A DNA stretch of 30,240 bases from Bacteroidota bacterium (GTDB taxonomy: Bacteria > Bacillota > Limnochordia > Limnochordales > DUMU01). How positions within the stretch are numbered: position 1 is the stretch's first letter; each line of letters begins with the position of its first letter. Below are positions 16,528 through 24,643 of the stretch, piece after piece. The notes beneath the pieces were generated by a model, which saw nothing but the letters and a program-made list of their open reading frames with translations, was not told the DNA's origin and ran no database searches. Position numbers and translations under genes: made by a program. The stretch lies in assembly GCA_050260295.1 (NCBI GenBank), contig JBLNBY010000122.1, positions 1 to 30,240 on the forward strand. The letters run 5' to 3'.

Positions 16528-18465
16528 TCAGTTGACCGCCGAAAGGATGCGGGCTGACAGCATCTCGGTCGTTTCGCCATCCGCCAATCTTTCCCGGACT
16601 GCCGCCGCAATGGCAGTGGCAGTCAGCCCCAGGCCTTCGCGCTGCTCCGCCTGGGACGCATGCTCGATGAAGCGGTCGGGTACTCCCAGCCTTAACACGG
16701 GTACCTGCAGGTCATGGGTGGCAAATAGTTCCAGAATGGCACTTCCGAATCCTCCGGCCAGTACACCTTCTTCCAGGGTAACCACCAGTGGATGGCTGCG
16801 TCCGACCCGGACGAGCAGAGGCTCGTCCAGCGGTTTGAGAAAGCGGGCGTTGACCACCGTCGCAGTGATTCCCGTTTGCAATAACAACGCTGCAGCCTGC
16901 CGGGCCGGCTCTACCATGGCCCCGTAAGCCACCAGTGCGACGCGTGACCCTTCCGCCAGCACTTCGCCCCGTCCCACCGCAAGCGGTTTGATCGGTTGCG
17001 ACAGAACCGCCGGGGGCGGGACCTCGCCCCCCCGCCAGAGGGCTGTCCCCCGCGGGTAACGGATGGCAAACGGCCCGCCGGCATCCAGGGCGGTGCGCAA
17101 GAGCGAGCGCAGTTCGTCTGCATCCCGGGGAGCAGCCAGGTTGAGGTTGGGCACGGCCCGCAGGTAGGCAAGGTCGAAGACACCCTGGTGGGTGGCCCCG
17201 TCCTCCCCAACCAGCCCCGCCCGATCAAGGGCGAAGATCACGGGCAACCGCTGCAGACAGACGTCATGAATGACCTGGTCGTAAGCCCGCTGCAGGAAGG
17301 TGGAGTAGATCGCCACCACCGGCCGCAACCCGCTGGCAGCCAGGCCGGCGGCAAAGGTAACAGCATGCTGTTCAGCAATACCGACATCAAAACACCGGTT
17401 TGGATACATCTTGGCGAAGCGGTCCAGCCCCGTACCGTCCGGCATGGCGGCCGTGATGGCCACGATGCGCGGATCATCTGCCGCCAGTTGAACCAGGGTG
17501 TCGGCAAAGACCGCCGAATATGACGGGCCGGACAACTTGACGGTAGTGCGCCCGGTCAAGCGGTCGAAGGCGACCGTCCCGTGGTAGCGGGCGGGATCAT
17601 TCTCGGCGGGCTGATAACCCTTACCCTTCTGGGTGATAACATGCAGTAGCACGGGTCGCCAGAGCTTGAGCACGCACCGGAGTGCCCGCTGCAACTCCTC
17701 GATGTTGTGCCCGTCCAGCGGCCCGAAATACGCAAAGCCGAGTTCTTCGAAGAGCGCTCCCGGCAGCAGCATGTGCTTCACCGAATCCTTCACGCGGGAG
17801 GCGAGGTCGAACGCCCGCTGGCCACCGGGCAGATGGCGGGCCAGGGCCTTGAGATCGGTCTTGGCCCGGTTGTAGCCCGGTTCGATGCGGAGCCTATTCA
17901 AATAGTGGGCAATTGCCCCCACGTTGGGGGAGATCGACATCTCGTTGTCGTTGAGGACGACAAGAAGCTGAGTCCCGAGCTGCCCGGCGTGGTTGAGGGC
18001 TTCGTATGCCATGCCGCCGGTCAGGGCGCCATCGCCGATTACTGCCACCACCCGGTGCTCCTCGCCTTTCCGATCCCTGGCCACCGCCATGCCCAGCGCC
18101 GCCGAGATGGACGTGCTGGCGTGTCCCACGCCGAAGGTATCATACGGGCTTTCTTCCCGGCGCGGGTAACCGCTCAGCCCTCCCTGCTGCCGTAGCGTGG
18201 AAAACCTGTCCCTCCGCCCCGTGAGGAGTTTATGGGCATAAGCCTGGTGGCCGACATCCCAGATCAGTTTGTCGCGGGGAGTGTCCAACACGGTGTGCAG
18301 GGCGAGTGTCAACTCAATAACGCCCAGGTTGGGCGCCAGATGGCCACCGTTGGTAGATACTGTATTGATGATCTCCTCACGCAGCTCCTGCGCGAGCTGC
18401 CGCAGTTGCAGCCGGGAAAGCCGGCGCAAGTCTGCGGGGGAGTCGATCTGATCAAGGAGCCGCAC
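16528..18465 (-). CDS. dxs: 1-deoxy-D-xylulose-5-phosphate synthase
   Basis: GGHLAPNLG, WDVGHQAYAHK, GHASTSIS, GDGALTGGMAYEALN, GPLDGH, DVGIAEQH, DRAGLVGEDGATH motifs. Confidence 0.98.
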   Translation of the reverse strand: MRLLDQIDSPADLRRLSRLQLRQLAQELREEIINTVSTNGGHLAPNLGVIELTLALHTVLDTPRDKLIWDVGHQAYAHKLLTGRRDRFSTLRQQGGLSGYPRREESPYDTFGVGHASTSISAALGMAVARDRKGEEHRVVAVIGDGALTGGMAYEALNHAGQLGTQLLVVLNDNEMSISPNVGAIAHYLNRLRIEPGYNRAKTDLKALARHLPGGQRAFDLASRVKDSVKHMLLPGALFEELGFAYFGPLDGHNIEELQRALRCVLKLWRPVLLHVITQKGKGYQPAENDPARYHGTVAFDRLTGRTTVKLSGPSYSAVFADTLVQLAADDPRIVAITAAMPDGTGLDRFAKMYPNRCFDVGIAEQHAVTFAAGLAASGLRPVVAIYSTFLQRAYDQVIHDVCLQRLPVIFALDRAGLVGEDGATHQGVFDLAYLRAVPNLNLAAPRDADELRSLLRTALDAGGPFAIRYPRGTALWRGGEVPPPAVLSQPIKPLAVGRGEVLAEGSRVALVAYGAMVEPARQAAALLLQTGITATVVNARFLKPLDEPLLVRVGRSHPLVVTLEEGVLAGGFGSAILELFATHDLQVPVLRLGVPDRFIEHASQAEQREGLGLTATAIAAAVRERLADGETTEMLSARILSAVN

Positions 18466-18466
18466 C

Positions 18467-19048
18467 CTACCGCCTCCTCGCTCGCCATCGGATTCGACGA
18501 CCGTCCCGGGTGTTTCCCAGGAACGACCGGCCGGCCGCTCTTTCCGCCAGGGCGAGAACTCGTCCAGTCAACAGCACGATATTCTGGTTGTGACGTAAAG
18601 CCACTCGCTTGAAACCGGCCTTCCCGCCGACCGTCAGTCCCGCCGTCCCGGCAACGATTACCACCGACCGTACGACCGGATCCTGCAGCACTCCTGGCAG
18701 GGAAAGCTGGGCCGCCAGAGTGGCACCCATTGCGCCTCCTATGGTTCCCAGGATATCACCGATCATATCGTTAGTCACGGTCGCCACCAGGTCGCGCCGG
18801 CGTACCAGTCTGATCGCCTGCGACGCACCCAAAACCCGGTCGCTGGCCAGTGCATGCAGCGGTTTCTCCGCAGCGGTAGTTGTAGCTACACCTATAACGT
18901 CAAAGACGATGCCACTCAGGATCACCAGTACCAGGATAACGGCGGCCAAAAGCGGCGGTACCCCTGTGGCCGCCCCCTGGGTGAAGCCGGTGAGAAACAG
19001 GGAGGCAGCAAATGCCAGCCCTCCCATGACGGCAAACCGTTTACCCAT
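18467..19048 (-). CDS. oapA: OLE-associated protein A (OapA; CNNM/DUF21-like membrane protein)
   Basis: About four TM segments with GIVFDVIGVA....EKPLHALAS..V.GA.QAIRLVR..D.V...NDMIGDILG (DxxxD motif), TVGGKA; immediately 3' of the OLE RNA and 5' of dxs, the known oapA position. Confidence 0.9.
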   Translation of the reverse strand: MGKRFAVMGGLAFAASLFLTGFTQGAATGVPPLLAAVILVLVILSGIVFDVIGVATTTAAEKPLHALASDRVLGASQAIRLVRRRDLVATVTNDMIGDILGTIGGAMGATLAAQLSLPGVLQDPVVRSVVIVAGTAGLTVGGKAGFKRVALRHNQNIVLLTGRVLALAERAAGRSFLGNTRDGRRIRWRARRR

Positions 19049-19093
19049 TCCCGCGCGCCCTTTCTCTCAGTCACAAGCCCAAACCTAGAGCGA

Positions 19094-19126
19094 ACAAAAA
19101 GCACCCGCGTCATTACGCGCGGGTGC
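19094..19126 (-). terminator. Rho-independent terminator between ole and oapA
   Basis: 9-bp GC stem GCACCCGCG / CGCGGGTGC (19101-19109 / 19118-19126), 8-nt loop, followed by TTTTTGTT on the minus strand. Confidence 0.85.
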
Positions 19127-19156
19127 AGGCCAGCGCCACATTCCGGACACCGCCCT

Positions 19157-19772
19157 GTCTGGCTGATAGTAGTACCGGTAAACATTGTGGCTTGAGGTCC
19201 AGCAGGTTTTCCCAACAGCCCTCCCCGCCGTCGCCGGCCGGGCGGTTTCCCCTTTCCGGCTGCTGCGCCCTGTTGCCATAGGCGCGGCTGGATTGCCACT
19301 TAGACCACACCGCAATCCCGGCCTACCCCCGTCCGGGTCAGCCTAGGAGTTTTCCTCGGACAGTCCGGCACCGGCTAGCCTCTTTAGCAGCCCGGTTTTG
19401 AAGAGCAGCGAGATCCTGTCCCCGGCCTGCGAGACAAGCCTCGGAACCTCTTTTCCCACCGGACCACGCAAGGCAGGCTACACTGCACCCAGCCGGTTGC
19501 GGCCAACCAGATGCAGGTTCGTCCCCAGGCCATAACCGGCAGCAAGCACCAAAGTGCCTGAGCACGGTCACAGCGTTGGGCCTCCACGGAGAAGGGGTCA
19601 ACGCCCGCATGCCATTGCGGATCGCCCCCGCCCCTTAACCCCCAGCAGCAGCCCGAGACTGGGCGTCTCCAGCCACCGCCAGGGACTTCATCGGTTTGCC
19701 AGCGACGGCTTTTTAGGGCCGTCTTCGCCGGCGCGTCACTGCACTAGGATACTGAATCAGCCAAAGCTGCAA
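19157..19772 (-). ncRNA. ole: OLE RNA (ornate, large, extremophilic), about 610 nt
   Basis: Closing helix TGGCTGAT (19763-19756) pairs with ATCAGCCA (19167-19160). Motifs I recall as conserved in OLE RNAs appear in order: TTCAGTATCCTAGTGCAGTGACG, CGATGAAG, GGTTAAG, GCGATCCGC..GCATGCGG, AGTGTAGCCTGCCTTG, AAAGAGGCTAG, GAGGAAAACTCCTAG, CTAAGTGGCAATCCAG, GGGAAAACCTGCTGGACC. The location between ispA and oapA-dxs-tlyA is canonical. Ends are approximate. Confidence 0.93.
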
Positions 19773-19778
19773 GAATAA

Positions 19779-19807
19779 ATTGTACTACTCTGGCCCTCAA
19801 ATGTCCA
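19779..19807 (-). promoter_or_regulatory. Sigma-A type promoter of ole
   Basis: TGGACA (19807-19802) - 17 nt - TACAAT (19784-19779); predicted TSS about 19772, at the OLE 5' end. Confidence 0.8.
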
Positions 19808-19869
19808 GCACCACTGGCCCGGCGCCACTACGCCACGCCAGCGATAACCAGCATGCCCGGCCCACGGCA

Positions 19870-20210
19870 GATGGGAACGTTCCCGCACTATGCACCCTAC
19901 ACCAGGTAGTTTTTCTACCCACCCTCGCTCCCAAGCCAGGTATAAACTGCACCTGCCAGACAGCCCCAACCGACCGGATAGGGGTCTTGCGTGTCGGCGA
20001 CGGGAGGCGATGTTGCTATGCGAACGTTCAAGCTGGGCTTTTGCATGCACGACGTTACCACGAAGCTGTCTGTCGGCATCAGCCCCCGCCGATCCATGAC
20101 TGATGGGAACGTTCCCAGGCTGAGCCAGGTACTTTTTCTACCTGCCCTCGCTCCGAAGCCGGGTACAGATTGTACCTGCCACACAGTTCCAACCGACCGG
20201 GCACGGGTCT
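19870..20210. repeat. Diverged direct repeat (19870-19987 and 20102-20210), each copy starting with a GGGAACGTTCCC palindrome
   Basis: Manual alignment gives 20 substitutions over 109 aligned nt plus one 9-nt indel. Palindromes are at 19873-19884 and TGGGAACGTTCCCA at 20104-20117. Confidence 0.92.
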
Positions 20211-20409
20211 CAGCCGGCTTAGGCTGCATTTTCGCAACGCCCAAAGCGTGCCTTGAAGCCGCAGCCGAACCGATTGGCTGCCGAGCGAGCCACGAGCTTG
20301 ACCGGCTGGCTGCCGAGCCACCGGTCGCCAGGCCACTGGCCACCGCACTGCCGAGCCTTGCTTGGGCCCGGTTATTCGATTTAGCCGGTGGGCGGTGCAT
20401 AGGCACTGG

Positions 20410-21357
20410 TCACCGGGTACGATCAAGCACCTGGGAAGCCAGCTCCACCAGCGGGAGAGCCCTTTCACCCAGGGGCACAAGCGCTTCCTGCGCCCGCAAT
20501 ACCGCCCGCCGGGCCGCCTTCTGCGCCGCCTGCACGCCATATAAGGCAACATATGTAAGCTTTCCGCGCCGGCGGTCCCGGCCCACATCCTTGCCGGTGG
20601 CTGCCGGGTCACCAACTTCGTCGAGCAAGTCGTCAGTAATCTGGAAGGCCAGGCCGAGTTCGGCCCCATATACTCCCAGCCGCACCAGGACTTCGTCGTC
20701 ATCCTTCAACCCGGCCGCGCGGCCTCCCATACGGGCGGCCGCCGTGATCAAAGCTCCTGTCTTGTGCCGGTGAACATACTCCAGCATTCCTGCGGCCGGC
20801 GGCAAACCGGCCAATGCGGGTGTTCCCGCCATCTCCTGCCAACGCCCGCCTTCCGCCACCCAATCGACGAACTGTCCGCCCACCAGTCCCTCGGGCCCTG
20901 CAGCCATGCTCAACTCCCGAACCCAAGCCAGCTGCAGCTCCGGACGGGCGCCGTTGGCCGCATCGACCAACACTGCGAACGCATACGCCTGCAGGGCATC
21001 GCCGGCCAGGAGCGCCACCGCCGGCCCGAAAACCTTGTGGTTCGTCGGTCGACCGCGGCGAAAGTCGTCGTCATCCATCAAAGGAAGATCGTCGTGAATG
21101 AGGGAGTAGGCGTGGACCAATTCCACGGCTACGGCTGCTGGCAAAGCCTTCTGCCACTCGCCCCCCGCCGCCGCGCAGCTGGCAAGAGCAAGGCTCCCGC
21201 GCAATCGTTTGCCGCCCGAGCCGGACGTGTACGACATCGACTGCCACAGGCGGGGCGGGAAGTTGCCGGCCGGCACGGCAGCAGCCACCGCCTCATCCAC
21301 CAACTGTCGCAGTTCATCCCAACCGGGCGTTTTCTCCGAGCCGGTCAGCCTCCTCAT
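20410..21357 (-). CDS. ispA: Polyprenyl (farnesyl/geranylgeranyl) diphosphate synthase
   Basis: GGKRLR, FARM HAYSLIHDDLPLMDDDDFRRG, AGDAL, GGQ, HKTGAL, SARM FQITDDLLD. Start trimmed to ATG 21357, which overlaps the xseB stop (ATGA). Confidence 0.96.
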   Translation of the reverse strand: MRRLTGSEKTPGWDELRQLVDEAVAAAVPAGNFPPRLWQSMSYTSGSGGKRLRGSLALASCAAAGGEWQKALPAAVAVELVHAYSLIHDDLPLMDDDDFRRGRPTNHKVFGPAVALLAGDALQAYAFAVLVDAANGARPELQLAWVRELSMAAGPEGLVGGQFVDWVAEGGRWQEMAGTPALAGLPPAAGMLEYVHRHKTGALITAAARMGGRAAGLKDDDEVLVRLGVYGAELGLAFQITDDLLDEVGDPAATGKDVGRDRRRGKLTYVALYGVQAAQKAARRAVLRAQEALVPLGERALPLVELASQVLDRTR

Positions 21358-21719
21358 TCTTCTGCTCCACTTCCGTTCCCGCTGCTCTTCCCGGCCACCT
21401 GGCCGGTTGCCTCGCCGGCTACCTGGCCGGTTGCCTGGCCGGTTGCCTGGCCGGTTGCCTGGCTCGGTTCGCACTCTTCTGGCGTCGCCGCAAATGGTAC
21501 TGCACTCACTGTCCCGTCCGGAGTCTCGGTCAACTGACGGATCCGGACCTCTGCCGCCTCCAACCTGTCATTGCAGAGCCGCACGAGCTTGATTCCCTCT
21601 TCGAAGAGTTGCAGCGATTCCGCCAGCGAGGTTTCACCTGCTTCCAATCTTTCCACTATCTTCTCCAACCTGGCCAAAGATTCCTCATACGAAGGCTGCG
21701 CCTCATTCTCCGACGGCAA
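21354..21719 (-). CDS. xseB: Exodeoxyribonuclease VII small subunit with repetitive C-terminal tail
   Basis: SYEESLARLEKIVERLEAGETSLAESLQLFEEGIKLVRLC..RLEAAE.RI, followed by a QATG-repeat tail. Confidence 0.95.
   Translation of the reverse strand: MPSENEAQPSYEESLARLEKIVERLEAGETSLAESLQLFEEGIKLVRLCNDRLEAAEVRIRQLTETPDGTVSAVPFAATPEECEPSQATGQATGQATGQVAGEATGQVAGKSSGNGSGAEE
21398..21463. repeat. 12-bp tandem repeat (CCTGGCCGGTTG), about 5.5 copies, inside the xseB 3' end
   Basis: Units at 21398, 21410 (variant), 21422, 21434, 21446 and a partial unit at 21458; encodes QATG/QVAG/EATG. Confidence 0.92.
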
Positions 21720-23022
21720 ACGGATGACCCCCTTCCTTCGTCTTCAGGCTGACGCGCTCGGCCCGACAACCGACCTCGCCGTCTACCATCCAAACCGTGA
21801 GTTCGTCCCCGGCGGTCACCTGCGCCGCCCGGCTGACGACACGGCCATCGGCTGTATGGCAAACCGCATAGCCCCGGGTCAAAACTGCCAGCGGGTTGAG
21901 AGACTCCAGGCGCCCGACGAGCACGGCCAGCTGCTGACGTTCCTCCGCAACCCGGGAGGCGACCACGCTTTCTGCCCGCGGCCAAAGCTCGTCCAGCCTG
22001 CGCCGACGCAGATCCACCAGGTCGAGCGGCCGCCGAAACCAGGGACGGGCCAAAAGCCTTTCCAGCCCCAATTGTCGCCTTTCGACCCCCCGCCGCAGCG
22101 CCAGCTGCAGCCGCCGGCTCAGCCCCGCAACCCGCTGCGCAAGCTCATGCCGATCGGGAACTACCATCTCCGCGGCAGCCGACGGGGTCGGAGCCCGCTG
22201 GTCGGCCACGAAGTCGGCGATGGTGGTGTCAGTCTCATGGCCGACGGCCGACACGACCGGGAAAGGATAGTCTGCGATCACCCGGGCCAGCTGCTCGTCG
22301 TTGAATGCCTGCAAATCCTCGAGTGAACCGCCGCCTCGCCCCACGATCACCACGTCCGGCCGCCACGGGACCAGCCGCTCCATCGCCCGGATGATGGAGG
22401 CCGGTGCGCCCTCTCCCTGTACCAGAGCCGGGGAAAGCAAGACCTCCACTCCAGCCGCACGCCGGGTGATGACCTTGATGATATCCCGAATGGCCGCTCC
22501 CGTCGCCGAGGTGACCACGCCGATCCGCCGGGGGAAGTAAGGCAGCGGCCGCTTGCGCCCGCTATCGAACAGCCCTTCGGCCGCCAGCCGGGATTTAACC
22601 TCTTCGAACTGTATGTACCATTGGCCGACGCCGGCCGGAAGCAGCGCTTCCGCCACCAGCTCGTATTCACCACCGCTTTCGTAGACTTTGAGCGACCCGA
22701 CGGCGATGACTTCGAGCCCGTTCTGCGGGGTACAACTCAACCTGCCCGCCTGGGACCGAAACATCACACAGCGCAAAATAGCTCCCCGGTCCTTGAGGGT
22801 GAAGTAGAGGTGGCCGGAGGTGTGCCGCTTGAAGTTGGAGATCTCCCCGCGTACCCAGAGCGCCCTGAAGGGTGCATAACCTTCGAGCCGCTCGCGGATC
22901 ATCCCGGTCAATTGGCTGATGGTAAGAATGGTCTGGCCGGCGGGAGGAACGGGAAAGCCGGAATGGCCTAAAACAGCCGGAAACCCGGCGTGCTGCTGCA
23001 CGAAGCGTACGGCTTCAGACAT
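21703..23022 (-). CDS. xseA: Exodeoxyribonuclease VII large subunit
   Basis: WVRGEISNFKRHTSGHLYFTLKD, RIGVVTSATGAAIRDI, VQGEGA, GRGGGSLEDL.AFN, SAVGHETD, PTPSAAAE, LNPLAVLTRGYA. ATG 23022 with GGAGG RBS. Confidence 0.97.
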   Translation of the reverse strand: MSEAVRFVQQHAGFPAVLGHSGFPVPPAGQTILTISQLTGMIRERLEGYAPFRALWVRGEISNFKRHTSGHLYFTLKDRGAILRCVMFRSQAGRLSCTPQNGLEVIAVGSLKVYESGGEYELVAEALLPAGVGQWYIQFEEVKSRLAAEGLFDSGRKRPLPYFPRRIGVVTSATGAAIRDIIKVITRRAAGVEVLLSPALVQGEGAPASIIRAMERLVPWRPDVVIVGRGGGSLEDLQAFNDEQLARVIADYPFPVVSAVGHETDTTIADFVADQRAPTPSAAAEMVVPDRHELAQRVAGLSRRLQLALRRGVERRQLGLERLLARPWFRRPLDLVDLRRRRLDELWPRAESVVASRVAEERQQLAVLVGRLESLNPLAVLTRGYAVCHTADGRVVSRAAQVTAGDELTVWMVDGEVGCRAERVSLKTKEGGHPFAVGE

Positions 23023-24154
23023 CGGTTGGTCTCCTCCCCCACTTCCACAGTTGCCAGCCGCCGAAGGCGATGCCGACGGCATTGTCGGTGCTACGCTCTG
23101 CCGAGGCAAAGTGCAGATCCGCCCCCCTACTCTCCGCCAGCTCCTTCAGTGCCCGCCGTAAAGCCTGATTGGCTGCCACCCCACCCACTACGACGAGCGG
23201 CAACCCGGGACGGGTGATCCACCCGGCCTGCACGAGCTCGAGCATGGTATTGACCAGGCAATCCTGCGCGGCCAGTGCAACCGCCGGCGGCGGAACACCC
23301 TGGGCGATGAGCCTTTCCGCCTGCGTGGCAGGACCGGAGAAGCTGATACGCAGACCGCGCCCGCCAACCGGCAGGCGTACCCGGGCGGCCTGCGGTTCAA
23401 CCGTTTCCAGCTTACCGGAAGCCGCATCGGCTGCCAACTTCTCAAGACCGGGGCCACCCGGAAACGGCAGGCCGAGAGCAACCGCCACCCGGTCGACAAA
23501 CTGACCGGCTTTCAGGTCTACCGATCCGCCCAGTTCAGCACCGGTGAACCGCAAGCTGGAAGGATCACGGGTGACATGCAGGAGTTCGGTTGTACCGCCA
23601 GAGATATGTAGCAGCAAGAACTCTTCGGGGAAACTGCCGTCACCGCCTGCAGAAATCTCGTACAGCGCTGCCAGAAGGTGTCCTTCCTGATGGCTCAAAG
23701 GGAAAAACACCGCTCCCGCTACGGCGGCGATCGCCCGGCCCAAGCACTCGCCCGTGCGGAAAACCGGCATGTATGAGTCAGGACGTGGACGAGGTTGAGT
23801 GCTGGCCGCTACCGCCACCAGCGGCAGCTGCAGCCCGGCACTCCTTTCCGCTCCGTCAGCCGCCGGTCGGAACATCGTGGCGGAAGCGCCGTTGGACGAC
23901 CCCAGAAGCGGTTTCAAGCTGTCATCAGCCTCTTCCAACAACTTGGGCAGGGCAGTAATATGTTGGAATACGGCTTCTGACTGCCGCAGTCCGAGCCGCC
24001 CGCCAGCAACGGGCAATCGCCAGCGCGCCTCGTAGAGCAGCCGCCCATCGCCGCTGAAAAATGCTATTGAAGTAGTATAAGCGCTGGTATCGATCCCCAG
24101 GATCAGTTTGCGCTCGGAAGTCACCCGCTCACCAGCAACGCTCATCGACACCAT
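23015..24154 (-). CDS. TsaD/Kae1 (peptidase M22, 'O-sialoglycoprotein endopeptidase') paralog of unknown function
   Basis: LGIDTSAYTTS, GLRQSEAVFQH, PRP..DSYMPVF, SHQEGH (HxxxH), HISGGTTE, D.KAGQFVDR....LGLPFPGGP.LE.LA, VGGVAAN, TDNAVG. Start is 24154 or 24145. Confidence 0.88.
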   Translation of the reverse strand: MVSMSVAGERVTSERKLILGIDTSAYTTSIAFFSGDGRLLYEARWRLPVAGGRLGLRQSEAVFQHITALPKLLEEADDSLKPLLGSSNGASATMFRPAADGAERSAGLQLPLVAVAASTQPRPRPDSYMPVFRTGECLGRAIAAVAGAVFFPLSHQEGHLLAALYEISAGGDGSFPEEFLLLHISGGTTELLHVTRDPSSLRFTGAELGGSVDLKAGQFVDRVAVALGLPFPGGPGLEKLAADAASGKLETVEPQAARVRLPVGGRGLRISFSGPATQAERLIAQGVPPPAVALAAQDCLVNTMLELVQAGWITRPGLPLVVVGGVAANQALRRALKELAESRGADLHFASAERSTDNAVGIAFGGWQLWKWGRRPTDV

Positions 24155-24167
24155 TCATCGCCCATGT

Positions 24168-24587
24168 TCAGCGGTGCACCATGTCTGCCTGCTCCCTTAG
24201 GAAGCTGCCGATGATACCGTTGACGAAGCGCGGCGAATCGACGTCGCCAAACTCCTTGGCGAGTTCGACCGCCTCGGAGGCTGCCGCTGCGGGAGGGATG
24301 TCGGTCCGGTAGAGGATCTCGTAGAGTGCCAGGCGCAGGAGGTTGCGGTCGACCACAGCCATACGATCGATCGACCAATCCACGGCGTACCTCTCGATCC
24401 AGCGGTCGAGCTTTTCCAGATGGCAGTAAACCCCCTGCACCACTTCAGTGGCAAACTCGAGCCCCTCTTCTCCCTCTTTGTCCAGAATCCGGGCGGCCCG
24501 CTGCAATGCGACATCCGGGCGAGCGGCCACGAGATCAACCTGGTAGAGAGCCTGAAGTGCCAGCCGTCGTGCTTCGTGTCGGTTCAT
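24168..24587 (-). CDS. nusB: Transcription antitermination factor NusB
   Basis: RHEARRLALQALYQ, WSIDRMAVVDRNLLRLALYE, EAVELAKEFG..DSPRFVNGI. Confidence 0.98.
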   Translation of the reverse strand: MNRHEARRLALQALYQVDLVAARPDVALQRAARILDKEGEEGLEFATEVVQGVYCHLEKLDRWIERYAVDWSIDRMAVVDRNLLRLALYEILYRTDIPPAAAASEAVELAKEFGDVDSPRFVNGIIGSFLREQADMVHR

Positions 24588-24643
24588 CGAGATTCACCGC
24601 GCCTTGTGGACCACGTCTTAGCCCCTTCATTCCCGGTTACCGG

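Noticed and set aside
19100-19320. Possible 6S RNA (GCGGTGTG...AAGCCACAAT resembles Firmicute 6S motifs)
   Set aside because: The segment is the 3' third of the longer OLE motif series, and the length, closing helix and ispA/oapA synteny fit OLE rather than 6S.
19085-19610. ORFs 19085..19315, 19113..19310, 19338..19610 and 19384..19587 on the minus strand
   Set aside because: They lie within or overlap the OLE RNA, have no RBS or recognisable domain, and are explained by the ncRNA.
19900-20160. 'VFLPTLAPK' resembling the IS630 transposase LxFLPxYSPELNP motif
   Set aside because: The similarity is limited to FLP; there are no DDE residues, terminal inverted repeats or TA duplications.
19991-20773. 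Plus-strand Cys-rich ORF with a GGGAGG RBS before ATG 20018
   Set aside because: It runs about 360 nt antisense into ispA and has no recognisable domain. It is kept only as an alternative explanation of the repeat, not as a supported CDS.
19870-21463. CRISPR array suggested by the repeats
   Set aside because: The repeats are two long diverged copies or contiguous 12-mers with no unique spacers, and there are no cas genes.
21358-21474. N-terminal 'NRPG'-repeat extension of IspA in the ORF track
   Set aside because: It is the alternate frame of the xseB tandem repeat; the real start is ATG 21357, coupled to the xseB stop.
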